A stretch of 55,534 bases of DNA, counting the filler, from Perkinsus olseni (Eukaryota), in assembly GCA_013115125.1 (NCBI GenBank). It is 4 parts of 4 records of this genome, joined end to end, with 100 filler letters (N's around TTAATTAATTAA, not from the genome) between each part and the next. Parts side by side here need not be neighbours in the genome. Positions count along the whole stretch, not along the records: positions 13,940 to 27,762 come from JABANN010000742.1; positions 27,863 to 41,664 come from JABANN010000743.1; 2 more parts are not named here. One strand, 5' to 3'. A program made the translations under genes and the position numbers. Shown one piece after another: positions 23,801-35,853 of this stretch; positions within the stretch are counted from its first letter, which is position 1; each line of letters opens with the position of its first letter. The notes under the pieces are model-generated. The model saw only the letters and a program-made list of their open reading frames with translations. It searched no databases and was not told where the DNA came from.

Positions 23801-24204
23801 AAACAACAGTATCATTGAGTATCATCGCGATGACGATTCGATTACATTAATTTTGCATTTAAGCAGAGTAACATCATGACCAAGTTCTGCTAGATGATGA
23901 TAAAGAGCTTGTAAGGACCGTTTATGGCCAGAGTGTATCTAATATCAACATAATGATAATCTAAATAACAACAATAGTCATAGTTGATGATGGCGATGAT
24001 GATGAAGTAGTAGTAGATTATTATTATTATTACATCATCAGGATCAGTATTATGCTCATATGATTCACTTTTTGAGTTAATCGCATAATTGGTTAGATGC
24101 ATTGTTGTTTGTTTAATATTGTTGCAGGTAGGGCTTGTATAAGGTGTAGTAGCAAGACGGACCAATCCTTCATCATGTAAGAATATGCGTAATGGGTCAC
24201 ATCC

Positions 24205-24254
<50 letters not shown>

Positions 24255-25216
24255 GCGGCAGAGTGATGATGAGCATACTACTATTACCTGTCACTAGGAC
24301 ATAGAGCCGTAAATCGAATTTGTACCCATCTAATAAGAAGGGTTTATTGATGTATCTTTGAACTATTAATGTACGAGAGTAATCCAGGGTTATATCATTC
24401 AAGTCACGAGTAAGAAAGATACCTTTACCTAGTAGCATAGCACCGAGATGCAAAACAAGCAGCAGCAGCCAGTACTGAATCCATTACCTTGGGAGCCGTT
24501 ATCGGGCTTAACGATGTAGGTTTTATTACACTTCTTTTTTTTATTAAACTTCTTACTCCCAATACTGCTGTTGTTGCCGTTCTTATTATTATTGTTCAAC
24601 TGTGCTTTCAGATGGTTAAGGTCCGTAGGTAGAACCCAAGTATCGGGGAAGAATGCGTACTCTAAGGAGAGGGAGAGGAAGAAGAACTGCTGGAGGAGTT
24701 TTATGAGACCGTCATCGTCATCACAACGACGATGATGATGATGATAATGAATGTATTACCATTCGCAAAGCGTTTCCTCATACGCAATAAGTTCCTTCCA
24801 AGATTGTTCTTCCTACTCAGTGCACTCATACCAACAAAATGATTAACCTAATTAGCCTTATTATATTCACTCATAGACGTTGAGCCATCGATGTTCATAT
24901 GATGATTCATCATACTATCCACTACTACTCTTTCATTTTTATTCATCTTCATGAATCTTTCAGCTGATATACCGGTGTCGCTCCAAATCAGACCTATAAT
25001 TGACAGAGGTGTATGATGATGCAGCAGCATGGTCATTATCTGTATCACGACTATCAAGGGGCTGCTCTTACTTTTCTTCATCCATTGCCGGTTGTGTCGT
25101 TTACTACCACTAAACGATGATGATGTTATCGTTTTGGTTTCTCCCTTGTTATTAGTATCATCAATGTTAGGGTAAGCATTCTCTTCACTCTCTCTCTGCG
25201 GTGTCTCTAGTCCGCT

Positions 25217-25272
<56 letters not shown>

Positions 25273-26093
25273 CCATAATAGTTGGCAAGTGATGTTGATT
25301 ATCATCATGTGCATTATTCGGTTTCATGACATGACGATGATCATTATTATAATCATGTAATAGCGCTTCATACGTCTTATCATAAGTATCATCTGTTTTA
25401 TCATTGGCATTATCGTTTATATGACCTTCTTGTTGTTCGGGTTGTGCTTTGTGCGAGGACACCAGCTGGGCACATATATCTTCTACCAAGGTATACTTCG
25501 TTTCCACTGTCATCTGCCATCTCTCTCCACTATTCCTCCTATTATTACTACTACCGCTGCTGTACTTCTGTTTTTTCTTGCTACTTTTGCCATTGCTACA
25601 ATGCACGTAATGATGATTAAAATTACATGTGCCAATACCACATGATACTTACCACCACCATGATGATGATGACCCTCCTCTTCTTCTGCTTTCGTCCTTA
25701 CATCCATCATCGTCTACGCCTGGTGCTCTTGGTCCTACCGCCGCTTCTTCTCGATGTTCGTTGTCTTGGTGAAGTGCCGATCTATTATTGAATAATGATG
25801 ATGATGGTGTCTAACATAACAGTACTTAGGAGCATGATGATGATGGTTATCACTAATACTACTACATCATCATCCTCTGCATCCTCTTGTTTGCCAATAA
25901 TAATCGTATCATCTTCTTCCTCTTCTACCGCACCTTCACCTAATAGTAGATCACCATCATCAATACATCCTAGATGATAGAGTCTTTTCTCTTCTAAAAA
26001 TATCTCATGATCAGGAGTTGGCATGGCGTCGTTATGAGGGTCCTCCTCTCCTCCTGTCCCTCTCACAATTCTTCCTACTACATCATCAGACAT
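20823..26093 (-). CDS. Tubulin polyglutamylase, TTLL family (TTLL6/13-like), multi-exon; 3' end approximate
   Basis: Exons with VNHFVGM, FFPDTWVLP, YIVKPDNGSQGKGIFL, VQRYINKPFLLDGYKFDLRLYVLVT, HLTNYAIN, CFEILGFDILLD and LVEVNHAPSF. Confidence 0.85.
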
Positions 26094-26406
26094 GTCAAGT
26101 TACAATCATAACTAGAAATGATGGGCCTGACGATGTGGGTAAGTATTAACAATACTCATCCATATTGAGGGAGGGAGAGGATCCATTATCAACCCGACCC
26201 AAAATGATCATCATCATCATCATCATCATCATCTGGTGTAAGTAGTAGCATAAAAGCATTACTTCCGCGTATATGATGCCCAACAGAAGCAGCGTGTTGG
26301 GATGATGATATCATCCACAATTAAACAACACAATATGGGACTATAGTCATTGACACTGTTTTATTATTATCATCACTATAGTGGATAAGCATGCATGTTA
26401 TTGTTA

Positions 26407-27694
26407 CTATTCGCAACATATTTTATAATCAAAACTTGATAGGCATATAGCGAAGGCCTGAACATGATGATCATCGTTACTATTATAGTAATAAGTGTAG
26501 ACCAATGAGAGTAAACCTACCTGCATTGCTGATAATGGATACCTGTAATCCATAGTGAATTGGTCTTTATGTGTTCTCCCAAATTGAAGATACACCACGG
26601 ATTCTTCTCCTTCTTCCTGTCTCCCGTGTTGTCGTTGTTGCTGTTGTTGAAGCGTGATGTCTAAGATAGCATTATTATTCTGACTATGTACCCTGCTTCT
26701 TCAAGACCACCATCGGTTGTTCATCATTATTACCTTTATCATCATCATAAGCAGGAGGAGCGGTGGTATTGTCTAGTCGTATCAATTGGAAGTTCTTCAC
26801 TGATGCTTTAGTGACTCGACGATTGAAGTTGAGAACGAATGCTCGAAGCTCGTCATTCCACTTGGGATCCTTGTTAACATACCTGCACCAGCAGCAGCAA
26901 CAAGCACTCGCCAGTGGTAAGCCATCATCACTGCATGCTGCCACTCATATGTATTACATTTGAAGATCGTGTGGTAGTGATGGCGTCGAGCGTAGAGTTC
27001 TAGTATCGTATATTAACGGTGGTCGTGCTGAGATTGCGAATAGCAATAGTGTCGATGAAATGAATGAGTGTTGATGTTGATGTTGATAATGGAAAGTGTA
27101 CGCTTCTGTTCCTCCTGTTCTTCTCGTTTCTTTTTCCTGAACTTGTCCCTCAGCTGCTTTTTATACTGAGGATGTGAGGGTCCAACTTCACGACTGATGA
27201 CGTGTTTCTACCAACAACAAGTTGGAAGATTAGTAGTTATGATGAGAATGAGGATGCTGTTGTTGTAGCGGTTGCTGTTTGTATTATTACTGGTAATGAT
27301 AATCTGGCTCTCGACATTAATGATGATGATCTTGATTCAGCATCCTCGGCATACTCGCCAAATCCCACCTTCTCGTCTGATAATGACAGTTTCATGCATC
27401 AGAACCTTGTCCTACTATTCCGCCTTACTCGCCTTCTCGTGCAATGATGATAACCCTGCTTGTCGTTTTGCTTGTGGGTGTATTTTTGGTATCACTACAT
27501 GCATTCGTCGAGGACCCCGTGGATGATTAGTAAATAAGGTATTCGTATAGAATACCCCGCCAAGTTCTATCTTTCTTCCTTCATTATTAGCTTTGCTTCT
27601 CATCACATTCTTATCATCAATATCATCATTCATGATAGTAGAGGCAGCATCATTGCTGCCGGGGTTTGGTCTGCTATCATTATCATGTATATGC

Positions 27695-27761
<67 letters not shown>

Positions 27762-27762
27762 G
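26407..27762 (-). CDS. Tubby-like protein, C-terminal Tubby domain (5' truncated by contig end)
   Basis: [47 protein letters not shown]...[29 protein letters not shown]. Confidence 0.9.
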
Positions 27763-27862
27763 NNNNNNNNNNNNNNNNNNNNNNNNNNNNNNNNNNNNNN
27801 NNNNNNTTAATTAATTAANNNNNNNNNNNNNNNNNNNNNNNNNNNNNNNNNNNNNNNNNNNN
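27763..27862. other. Artificial contig linker N44-TTAATTAATTAA-N44
   Basis: Same structure as at 13840. Confidence 0.97.
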
Positions 27863-28654
27863 TTGCCAAAGTACCATCCCAGGCTTCTTGTCATCCTTCA
27901 TGGTTGGAGAAGTGTCCTTCACACTTTGCGTGATGTATTTCGTTACCGCAACACGGGTATATTCCTTATCTGCTACTTTTTCTATAGTGATGCCTTCTCC
28001 ACTATAACGTATTTTGGTGTACTATTTGCACAAGAGTCTCTTTGCTTCGCTGTCACTCAGCAGGCTATCATGCTCAATATATTTTGGCCTGCTTCAGTCA
28101 TTGGTAACTACTTCTACATATGGCTCAAAAAGAAATTTAACCTACGTACCAAAACTGTGATATTGATGAACTTGGCTGTGTATGCTATACTCTGCCTTTA
28201 CGGGAGCCTGGGTATAATCGACGCTCTGCCGTTCGGTTTGAAGACCAGCGCTGAGATGTATATTTTCGCTGCAGTACATGGTCTCCACGTTGGAGCGCTG
28301 CAGTCCTTCCAGCGAGTTTTGTTCGCTGATTTGACCATCCCCGGGAGGGAAACTGAGTTCTTCTCCCTTTACGCCATAACCGACAGAGGCTCTAGCTGGC
28401 TAGGACCACTGGTTGTAGGCATCATAAAACAGAGCACGGGCTCTTTCAGAGCCGGATTTGTTTACTTGCTTATCATGCTGGTGCTGCCATCGCTAGGGCT
28501 GGCGTTCTTCGTTGATCATGATCAGGGTATGATCGATGTTGGCAGGTTGCTAGTTGATCCCGAGATCCCGGAGGCTGAGCGACAAAGTCACGAGAAAGTA
28601 CACTCCATGCGTGATGACAACAGGGATCATGAACAAGTGCTTCCTCATTCTTGA
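27863..28654 (+). CDS. Atg22/UMF1-like MFS transporter, C-terminal half (5' truncated)
   Basis: FFYSDAFSTI and GALQSFQRVLFADLTIPGRETEFFSLYAITDRGSSWLGPLVVG are typical of the Atg22 family. Confidence 0.8.
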   Translation: MPKYHPRLLVILHGWRSVLHTLRDVFRYRNTGIFLICYFFYSDAFSTITYFGVLFAQESLCFAVTQQAIMLNIFWPASVIGNYFYIWLKKKFNLRTKTVILMNLAVYAILCLYGSLGIIDALPFGLKTSAEMYIFAAVHGLHVGALQSFQRVLFADLTIPGRETEFFSLYAITDRGSSWLGPLVVGIIKQSTGSFRAGFVYLLIMLVLPSLGLAFFVDHDQGMIDVGRLLVDPEIPEAERQSHEKVHSMRDDNRDHEQVLPHS

Positions 28655-29243
28655 AGTGTTGTTTATCACCGCAAACAAGTTGTTCTACCAAACTTGTTGC
28701 AATCAGTATGATAATGATTCGTTCTCATCTGTTAATGCTCTTCTATTTGCGTATTGAGTTGTGAAGTGGGGCTTCGCTTCGCGGGTGAGGCCGCCATTGG
28801 TCGATCGGTTAACTCTGTATAGCTCTTTACACCAATAATAGTGGAAGGCATGTAACAGGTCAATAACTGATTAACGAATATGATCATATTTCCTGTCCAT
28901 CGTCTTGGAACTCACGTCCTCGAAGTACTCTGACCACGGTACTTACTACGATACGTGTCTCGTCATTACGATACATGACCTTTATCTGCAACCTTTGGCC
29001 ACAGTGGGCACGAACTCAGGCACGAGTCTACTGGTTATCGCATATGCTATACAGAGGACGATTACTATGAAGGGTTATCGGCTGATTGAAGCGTAGGGGC
29101 GGCCATCCAACCAGATTGCAACAGCTGCCCGGTTTCCTCGTGTTGAAGGACTGGATAACTCCGAAAAAGACATCCCTATGCACAACTACGGCAACAGCAC
29201 ACTGACAACTAAGATAACAATTCATTGACATATGCAGCTGCAT

Positions 29244-30349
29244 TCAGCGCCGTCTCATGGTTCCACTATCAGCACCATTCCCATCTTCATTCCAATTGTC
29301 GAGTCGACGTCTCCCAGCTGCACTCCTACAACAGGCAGCAGTCAGAGGCGGAAGTAGCCTCGCACAGACGGTTGGTCAATACTACTCATCATCAGAAGTT
29401 TGATTCTCTTCCTCCTTCCTGTATTTCCAACCGATATCTTCATCCTCGCCTGCGAATGCCCCATCAGGGCCTGGGAGCATCGTCAGTACTACTACGGCTG
29501 TTAGAGCCACGAAGAGGATCTGAGACATTACTCTTGTGGCAAGGAGAGATGCTCCGCTTACCCAGAATGCAGCACAGAGCCACTGTGTCATTCTCCCCAG
29601 CTCTCGAGAAACATCTGCATTGACTCGGCACCACAGGCCCATCTGGAGGAGGAATCCTTACAGTCACTATCAGCGTATGATTCGAGCCTACCAATTGCTC
29701 TCCCAAGCGCTCGTTATGCATACACAACTTCCATTCCTTCATATGATCGGCATCCTCCGGCTCTTCCTCGGTGAGATCATTGAGCCAGTTATGTATCTGA
29801 TACATATACCAGCATGCACTATCTCCATACTATTGTTCACATCCGCACCCTCCAATCGCCGCATTTGGGCCGGGTGAAGGCCTCAGTGGAAATCATGTAA
29901 CCGCCGTACTGGCAGTCAGCGGCTATATAGGTATCATCAAAAGCGGCATACATCCTCTCAGTGAGACTTTGGACATGTTCGTCTCTGGATGGTATAATCG
30001 TTAGCTCGGATCTATCGAGCTCCAACTTGTACATGGTAATAGAATGCCAACAAAGATACCCTCCCATCAGGGCGAAGAGGATAGCCACTACACCACCAAT
30101 AGCAGCATATACGATTCGAAGTGCAAGAGGATCCTTTCCCTGCATTAGACCAATACCAATCCCAATGCCAGAGGTAATAAGAAGAAGGCATGTTGCTATT
30201 ATAGCCAAACACACGTGGGCGTGGACGAAGTAAGCCTGGTAGAATGGTTGGTAGTAGCACCAAAAGCAGGTGATCAAAAGGGAGATACCAAGAACCAGTA
30301 AGACACCATTGGCCGCGATGTGGCCAATTGGAGGTAATACGCCGCCCAT
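29244..30349 (-). CDS. Tetraspanin-like membrane protein, multi-exon
   Basis: Three N-terminal TM helices, a Cys-containing loop, a fourth TM (ILFVALTAVVVLTML) and an acidic tail ending ...GTMRRR*. Family inferred from topology only. Confidence 0.55.
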
Positions 30350-30518
30350 GGATGAAGAGTAAACCTGCGAAGGTGCGATTCCTGGAACCTGCGCTGTGAA
30401 TCGATCAGAAACTTCGCGCGCGCCCCAGGTATCGCGCCGCCGCCGCGAGGCTCGAGTTCGATAGCGACGTACGATGAATGGCTGATCACTTGTGTAGTTT
30501 TATTACAACATAGCATCC

Positions 30519-30927
30519 ATGGCTTCTGATCCTACTACCGAGAAGGACTTCAACGCTGCTGTCGCGTATGTCAGAGGCCTTCCTAAAGGCAAGAGCCCCA
30601 TCAGCACATCTAAACAGTTGGATTTCTATTCCCGATTCAAACAGGTAATACAGTGGTCAGTCACTACTCCTAGTCTTCAATCATCATTATACTCTAGGCT
30701 ACTATTGGTACTTGTGCTGAACATGGTGGATCTCAACCATGGGCTGTACAAGTAGAAGCCAGGGCTAAATGGGATGCCTGGAAGAAGCTGGGGGATATGT
30801 CAAGGGACGAGGCAATGAAGGTTAGTCCATTCAATAGGGGACTCTGATGACCTCATCATCTTTCAATCAGGAGTATGTATCCATGCTTACCGAAGTGTCA
30901 CCGAAGTGGAGAGAAGGAATCAACTAA
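30519..30927 (+). CDS. ACBP: Acyl-CoA-binding protein (3 exons)
   Basis: FNAAVAYV...QLDFYSRFKQ|ATIG...ARAKWDAWKKLGDMSRDEAMK|EYVSMLTEVSPKW. Confidence 0.93.
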
Positions 30928-31118
30928 TATACCAACATTTTGTTTGACTACAACAACGCACGCCTAATTGCGTTCGGCTTCAATTGCATCGGAGACTTGT
31001 TGTGTTCATCTAGTTGCCCTGTAGTAACCCTATAGATCTACGTAACACAAGACCCCACGGCTGGTAAAATGAAAGAGGTATAAATGGTGGAGAGAAGGGA
31101 ATGATAATGTTACAGTCA

Positions 31119-31640
31119 TCATCTCCGCCGTTGCCAAGCATATCTTAATTCGCCGCCAACACAGTAGACTGCCGCTAGGCCTCCCACTGCTATCAAACAC
31201 GCTGTTACTATACAAGGAACCTGGCAGCAACAACAGGAGAATAGGGGTTGAAGAATAAAGGCATTGGCAGTTACCATGGAGTTGCTGCTGCCACACCATC
31301 CATAGGATGATACTAAAGCTATACCCATTATGATCCACAGGATTGCAAAGAAGACATTGTTGAGCCAGAAATACCAATGCTTTGTCTTATGCCGCATTAT
31401 AAACATACCCATGAGCCCACCGAAGGGGGCAATAATCCCGAATCCTGAAGATCATACATGATGATGAGAAGACGGTGGCAGTCGTAGATTACCGAGTAGC
31501 GTTGGCTCGGATATGCGCCAACGATCATACTGGGCCTTCTTCTTGTCCACAAAGTAGAGTATGAAGTTTACTAGATTGAAGAAGAGAATGAGTGATAGGA
31601 ATATCCAAGATAGATCATCACCAGCTGTTGGGCTGACCAT
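31119..31640 (-). CDS. DUF1294/YsdA-like membrane protein (2 exons)
   Basis: YFVDKKKAQYDRWRISEPTLL|GFG..APFGGLMGMFIMRHKTKH. Confidence 0.8.
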
Positions 31641-31840
31641 CCTCTGAGGGATACCCCACTACTACCACTACTAATATCATCATTATCATCTTCATCGTTA
31701 TCAATTGAAAAGCGCAACCAGGAGTATTGAGGTGGTAGGGGATGATGATGATAGAATATTACCGCGTATTAGTAACAGTGGGTTTACAGAAAGGTATACT
31801 ATGTTCTTTGAACCGAGGCTCTATCGCATTAGTGATATAC

Positions 31841-33663
31841 CTAGATTAGGTCAGCAAAGGGATCGGCAGAAGACTTGTAGTTGCTGCTGTTACTGCCTGT
31901 CGTAGGAGCTCCTGGCGGGGGTAATGAGGAGGAACGCTGTAGGAGAGAGAAGGAGTTGAGTTCACATACGATGTCCATCAATACTACCATTTGCTGCTGC
32001 TGATTACTATCTACAGGCTGATGATAAGACTGTGTCGTTGATGATGATGATGCTTGAGCCACACTACTTGATGGGAAGCCGAGGCCTTGCAGCGCCGCAA
32101 ACGGGTTGGTAGAATCTCCAACCTTCAACTGGGGTGCACTGCCCTGTTGCTGTGGGATTGAGGTAGATGAAGAAAACTACAAGCACAGATAGACCTCCAG
32201 TACGGCAAATACGCAAGGAACACTACAATGTCTAATCCAGGCGATGGTCCTGATGATGGTCCTGGTGACGATGATGCAGGTTGGTGACCAAGAGGATCGA
32301 AACCCCAACTACTTGACGTCGGTTGGGAGTCTGATGATTATCATAAGGATTGAAGACATAATCCTATCCTACACCAGTTACCTGTGCGGTCTTCTGTTAT
32401 TCGAGTGGGTTGCTGCTCTTCATCATCATCAAAGCCCAAGAGGTCCATACTCCCTTGCTGCTGCTGCTGCTGAGTAGTTGTGATGATCGAGGGACCCTGG
32501 GCTACATCATGATGATGTTGTTGTTGACGTCTAGATGGAGGAGGTGGCAACTTAGGCAAAGTACCCGGAGCAGCCTGCAAGGGTACATGAAGAATACAAC
32601 TTGAATAATGAGGAGTATACTACAAGCTTCGGTATAGCGCTGCTACTGCCGTTGCCATGATTCTTTGTCTCTGGTTTAGCGCGAACAGCAACTGTACTCA
32701 AACTGGCAGCTGAGTAGAGGAAGGTCAGGGATGGGTTACCCCGGCGACCATTTAACTACCAGTTGCAACAGCGCTATCCTCTTGGGCAGAATCCCTTCTG
32801 TTAGCATAACCAAAGTCAGCAGCCGTACCACCGGCATTGCCTGACGGTAACATTTAACAGCGCTTTACATTACTCGCTGAAAATTACTTTCTTTTTGGTA
32901 ATATCGCTCGGACGCTGCAGCACTCCCCCCACTACCATCTCCTCCCTCTCCCATAGCGGCTGTTGCATGGTCATTAGCAATCTTCACTGCTTCCTTATAC
33001 CCTCCAACTCTATCCTGTTCTCTTTTCACTTGCTCGAAACGTCTGAAACGAACAGTGACGAATGCCGATAATGGAATAGATGAAGATCCTGTCATCTTTA
33101 GAGATCCACGCCTACCTATCAAGATGCATATTCTGTTCACGTCTATCAGGTGGTAGAGTTTGTCTCATGATTACTTCACCATCGGCAGTGTAAAGGGATA
33201 CCCAACCCTCTGAGACGAGAGGCAGTCACGACCCTAACTGCTGCGTTCGGTGACACCCACCAACAGGCTCGACTATTCTCGCTCTTCTGCCACTAATTTT
33301 CACGACTGTACAGATATCTGCCCTTCGCAGACCATGGACCTATTATAATGTGATGGGCATGCTCCCTACCATGATGTTGCTTAACACCTGTGGACTGTCC
33401 ATTTCAATACCTTTCCTAACCATGGCTCCTTGCCTCGCCACCACGATGTAGTATCGAGGATTAGTTTCAGTACATGGTCCAGTTGGTAGCCCCGCTGCCT
33501 GAGGTATCAGTGTATTACTATTCACCACTACTGTTATAATAATAACAAGCACCTTCTTTATTTCTTTATTCGCTTTCTTCCCCAACTTTTTCGCCTCCTT
33601 CACCCCCTTCCTGAAGAGATGAATCCCCTTATCTATATACTCGTTATAGTTATCGGAGGACAT
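31841..33663 (-). CDS. Protein with SH3b-like domain and NPF/DPF/DLL motifs (putative endocytic adaptor), multi-exon
   Basis: GAMVRKGIEMDSPQVHGLRRADICTVVKISGRRARIVEPVEGWVS after splicing; tail has MDLLGF, NPFAAL and DPFADLI*. Confidence 0.6.
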
Positions 33664-33838
33664 GGCTATTGACAGCAACAATAACTGAGTACAACTCAAT
33701 ACGGCGCATCTTGCTCTCCTTCAATGATTCTGCAGAACAAGAAGCGTTTCGCTCCGCCAATCGCTATGAAATCGATCAGTTGGCGCCACGCGTGAATTAC
33801 GCCCGGTCATCAACCCCCACAGGTGTTCCATTTCTGGT

Positions 33839-35224
33839 ATGTCAAGTGGCAACAAACGCCGAGCCCTCGTCATTGGTGGTGGATTTTCCGGTCTCTTCGC
33901 GGCCCACGATCTTTCCAGTCACTTCGAGGTGACTGTGGTCGATGCCAAGGAGTACTTCGAGTACACCCCCGGTGTTCTGCGAGCCTTTGTTCATCCCGGT
34001 CATTACGATGCTCTGTCCTTCACTTATCAACATGTACTTGAGCGGAAGATGGGTATCAAGTTTCTGTGGGGCGAGGTGAAGCAGTTGGACGGTAGCCGTC
34101 AAGTCGCCCATGTGAAGCCTATGTTCTCTGAGACCACTGAAGAGGTACCTTTCGACTACTGCATCATTGCAGCTGGTTGTAACTTCGGTGTCTTCCACAA
34201 GTGGGGCGAAAGCCTTTGGTTCCCAACCATTCACGAGGATGCTCGACCTGAAGGCTCGTGGTCTCACATCGATGAAAGGTTCATCGAAGGTCGCCGTAGG
34301 CATATCTTTGAGGAACATGAGAAGTTGAAGGCTTTGAACAAGAAGAAGGCAACTGTCCTCGTTGTTGGTGCTGGCTTTATTGGTGTTGAATGGGTCACTG
34401 AGCTCCAGTACTACTTCCCTAATCTCAAGCTACACATCATTGACTTCCTGCCAAAGTGTCTGGGCCCTCTACCCAAGTCCGCCGCTGATTACTGTGATCA
34501 TTATATGAAAAAGAAGGGCATCAAGGCAACTTATGGTGTCAAGTATGCCCCTGATGATCCGGAGTTCTTCAGCAAGATCGGCATGAATGGCAAACCTGAT
34601 TGCACGTTCGTGTGTATTGGTGTGAAGGCGTCCAATTACTTCATGCCAAGAGAGACGCTTACTGGGTATAATCCTATGGAGGCTGATAAGAAAGAGAAGG
34701 ATGTCAAGAAGCGTGGCCCCGGTGGTGGAGGATGGATTCGTGTCAATAATAATCTCCAAGTCACTCAACTCAATGACGATGGTTCTGAGTCACTTTTCGG
34801 TGGTGGTCATATCTTCGCTGTCGGTGACTGTAACATGGTTCCTGGTCTGCCTCCAATCCCTAAGATCTCCTACCCTAGTGAAGAGCAAGCTCAACATGCC
34901 GTCCATAACATACGTGTCATAGACCATCTTGAGAAGGGCGCTTGGGCTCCCGGTGGCTGTTGTGGTATTTTCGGTAAGAAGTCTCTTCGTGATACTTGGT
35001 GGCCATGGGGTGCTGGTATGTTCGCCACTTCTCTCGGTCCTAAGGATGCTTGCTTCGTGCTAGGAGCTAAATCTACTCCTGGTACTGGACACATGGTGCT
35101 GTGGGGTAAGGCATCGGCTATTCAGAAGGCTCTTATTGAGTCTACCAAGACCAACGAATGCAAGAGGGGTCTCCTAGGGAGCTCTGGTTGGTATTTTGTT
35201 CATCATACACCTTGTATGAACTAG
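33839..35224 (+). CDS. AIFM2/FSP1(AMID)-like FAD-dependent NAD(P)H oxidoreductase, intronless
   Basis: VIGGGFSG, FDYCIIAAG, VVGAGFIGVE and IFAVGD motifs in the 461-aa ORF. Confidence 0.85.
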   Translation: MSSGNKRRALVIGGGFSGLFAAHDLSSHFEVTVVDAKEYFEYTPGVLRAFVHPGHYDALSFTYQHVLERKMGIKFLWGEVKQLDGSRQVAHVKPMFSETTEEVPFDYCIIAAGCNFGVFHKWGESLWFPTIHEDARPEGSWSHIDERFIEGRRRHIFEEHEKLKALNKKKATVLVVGAGFIGVEWVTELQYYFPNLKLHIIDFLPKCLGPLPKSAADYCDHYMKKKGIKATYGVKYAPDDPEFFSKIGMNGKPDCTFVCIGVKASNYFMPRETLTGYNPMEADKKEKDVKKRGPGGGGWIRVNNNLQVTQLNDDGSESLFGGGHIFAVGDCNMVPGLPPIPKISYPSEEQAQHAVHNIRVIDHLEKGAWAPGGCCGIFGKKSLRDTWWPWGAGMFATSLGPKDACFVLGAKSTPGTGHMVLWGKASAIQKALIESTKTNECKRGLLGSSGWYFVHHTPCMN

Positions 35225-35433
35225 ACGCGATGGATTAACCATGGGATACAAGTAGTACTATTGTTGACGGCATGTGCTTCATCATCGGTGAGCGGTCATG
35301 TGATCTCGATGTTAGTCTCAACTGCATCGATGTGGTATTAGTTTTTTCTTGTGGAATACAACATTCCTGATTATTTTCTAATCAGTATGTGTTGCGTTGT
35401 TTTGGGTGAAGTTTTCGTATGCGATGTGTCACA

Positions 35434-35546
35434 GGCGATACCACTAACATTGGTATCAGTCTTCTTTCGGATCGCTATAATAAACGGTACGAGATTGCGT
35501 GCTCACCCTCTCATGAGTGGCTGCGTAAATTGAGTGCCGCATAACG
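35434..35546 (+). ncRNA. Candidate H/ACA snoRNA (AUA variant of the ACA box)
   Basis: Hairpin ggcgat/atcgct, H box ATAATA at 35477-35482, hairpin cggtac/gtgccg, ATA at 35541. The 3' pocket strand starts 14 nt before the box. Confidence 0.5.
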
Positions 35547-35559
35547 CACTTGTATGCCA

Positions 35560-35638
35560 ATGATGATACCCGTAATACCAGTTCTGCTACTGAAAACTCA
35601 TGTAGAGAACTCTTACCATTCATCTCTCATCGCACTGA
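35560..35638 (+). ncRNA. C/D box snoRNA, SNORD38/snR61 homologue, copy 1
   Basis: C box ATGATGA at 35560, guide CCAGTTCTGCT-A-CTGA (D'), second guide TTCATCTCTCATCGC-A-CTGA (D). Confidence 0.88.
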
Positions 35639-35657
35639 GACGAGAAAATGTGATCGA

Positions 35658-35836
35658 ATGATGATACCCGTAATACCAGTTCTGCTACTGAAAACTCATG
35701 TAGAGAACTCTTACCATTCATCTCTCATCNNNNNNNNNNNNNNNNNNNNNNNNNNNNNNNNNNNNNNNNNNNNNNNNNNNNNNNNNNNNNNNNNNNNNNN
35801 NNNNNNNNNNNNNNNNNNNNNNNNNAATCGCACTGA
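35658..35836 (+). ncRNA. C/D box snoRNA copy 2, interrupted by N gap 35730-35825; a 3' end ATCGCACTGA resumes after the gap
   Basis: Identical to copy 1 up to the gap; the gap may hide further copies. Confidence 0.75.
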
Positions 35837-35853
35837 CATGTATCGAATGTGTA

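Noticed and set aside
1-35224. Ubiquinone 'cluster' of UbiG-like genes plus the FSP1-like quinone reductase
   Set aside because: The genes lie on different contigs joined by artificial linkers.
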